A stretch of DNA of 63,945 nt, counting the filler, from Reclinomonas americana ATCC 50394 (Eukaryota): the NCBI GenBank assembly GCA_048213135.1. It is 15 parts of 15 records of this genome, joined end to end, with 100 filler letters (N's around TTAATTAATTAA, not from the genome) between each part and the next. Parts side by side here need not be neighbours in the genome. Positions count along the whole stretch, not along the records: positions 62,936 to 63,945 come from AFZH01021524.1; 14 more parts are not named here. One strand, 5' to 3'. Below, one piece after another: positions 62,937 to 63,945 of this stretch. The notes under the pieces were generated by a model. That model did not search any database. It was not told the DNA's origin and saw only the letters and a program-made list of their open reading frames with translations. A program made the position numbers and the translations under genes. Each line of letters starts with the position of its first letter. Position 1 is the stretch's first letter.

Positions 62937-63945
62937 ATCCGCCCCGGCGCGGACGGAGCGCTCGCCATGGGCGCGATCCGCCATCTCCTGACGAACCGCA
63001 GCGATGACGACGCCTTCGTCCGGCAATGGACGAACGCGCCGATGCTGGTCGACCTTTCGACCGGGCGCTTGCTGCGGGCGCGGGGTCTCTGGCCGGACGG
63101 CGCGAACGAAGCCTTCGTGCTGTTGCGCCCGGACGGCACAGCGCGGGCCTATGACACAGCAGAGGCATTGGAGCGGCCGCACGACATCATCCTCGATGGC
63201 GAGGCGGAACTGCGCGGCGCTGACGGCCGGACGATCACCTGCGCCACCGTGATGCGGCTGCTGACACGCGAGGCCGCTGCCTTCACGCCGGAGCACGTCG
63301 CCGGGATCACCGGGCTCGCCATCGACGACCTCGCGCGTTTCTATGGCCTGTTCGAGGGCTCGCCGCGGCTCGCCTATCACTCCTGGACCGGCGTCGGCCA
63401 GCATTCCAATGCGACCATGATCGAGCGCGCCATCGGCACGCTCTATGCGCTCACCGGCGCGAGCGACCGCATCGGCGGCAATGTCTGGACGAGCGCGCCG
63501 CCCTTCCGCACCGTCAACGACTATGCCCTGCTGCCGGAATCCCAGCGCCGCAAGGCCCTCGGCCTCGCCGAATTGCCGCTCGGGCCACCGAGCAAGGGCT
63601 GGGTCACCGCCCGCGATTTCTGCCGGTCCGTGATCGAGGGCGAGCCCTACCGCGTCCGCGCGCTGATGAGCTTCGGCACCAATTTCGTGGTGTCGCAGGG
63701 CGATTCCGGGCGCAACCGCGCTGCGCTGCAGGCGCTCGACTTCCATGTCCATGTCGACATGTTCATGAATCCGACCGCCGAGCAGGCCGACATCGTCCTG
63801 CCGGCGAGCATGCCCTGGGAGCGCGAGGCGCTCCGGCTCGGCTTCGAGATCACGCAGGAAGCGGTCGAGCACATCCAGCTGCGCCAGGCCATGGTGCCGC
63901 CGCGCGGCGAGGTCCGGGCCGATTACGATATCGCCTTCGAACTTG
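62937..63945 (+). CDS. Bacterial-type molybdopterin oxidoreductase (DMSO reductase family), internal fragment
   Basis: Uninterrupted, intronless, GC-rich frame IRPGADGALAMG...FVRQWTNAP...LYALTGASDRIGGN...ALDFHVHVDMFMNPTAEQADIVLPASMPWERE. Confidence 0.9.
   Translation, partial: MRPGADGALAMGAIRHLLTNRSDDDAFVRQWTNAPMLVDLSTGRLLRARGLWPDGANEAFVLLRPDGTARAYDTAEALERPHDIILDGEAELRGADGRTITCATVMRLLTREAAAFTPEHVAGITGLAIDDLARFYGLFEGSPRLAYHSWTGVGQHSNATMIERAIGTLYALTGASDRIGGNVWTSAPPFRTVNDYALLPESQRRKALGLAELPLGPPSKGWVTARDFCRSVIEGEPYRVRALMSFGTNFVVSQGDSGRNRAALQALDFHVHVDMFMNPTAEQADIVLPASMPWEREALRLGFEITQEAVEHIQLRQAMVPPRGEVRADYDIAFEL

Noticed and set aside
62880..63872. 330-aa minus-strand ORF
   Set aside because: Antisense shadow of the GC-rich plus-strand molybdoenzyme frame.

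Overview
Eukaryotic genomic DNA from an intron-rich protist, probably flagellated given the LRRC46-like and ERK7/MAPK15-like genes. It consists of many short contigs joined by an artificial N-TTAATTAATTAA-N spacer, and several genes run in order across the gaps, so the joins are mostly true scaffold order. Manual splicing recovers about 17 genes: a DEK_C protein, proC, an ankyrin/HEPN-like/kinase protein, a ZIFL-like MFS transporter, a saposin-like protein, ERK7/MAPK15, LRRC46-like, ceramide synthase, GINS Psf3, DCC1, RUS1, CABLES-like, a RhoGEF-PH-RCC1 protein, an S8 protease with H-type-lectin-like domains, a PDI-like protein, a class I PDE, and hypothetical proteins. There is also one tRNA gene and a final intronless bacterial-type molybdopterin oxidoreductase fragment. 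The most notable observations are: (1) an RNase-L-like combination of ankyrin repeats, an Rx4H HEPN-like domain and an intact-looking kinase, in permuted order; (2) a common second class of 5' splice site (GTTNCGT) with the usual +5G/+6T shifted by one base; (3) a tRNA(UGU) with a U1xC72 mismatch and an Ala-type G3:U70 acceptor; (4) a bidirectional promoter filled with about 140-bp repeats carrying co-varying inverted half-sites. All family assignments come from motif recognition by eye; no searches were run.
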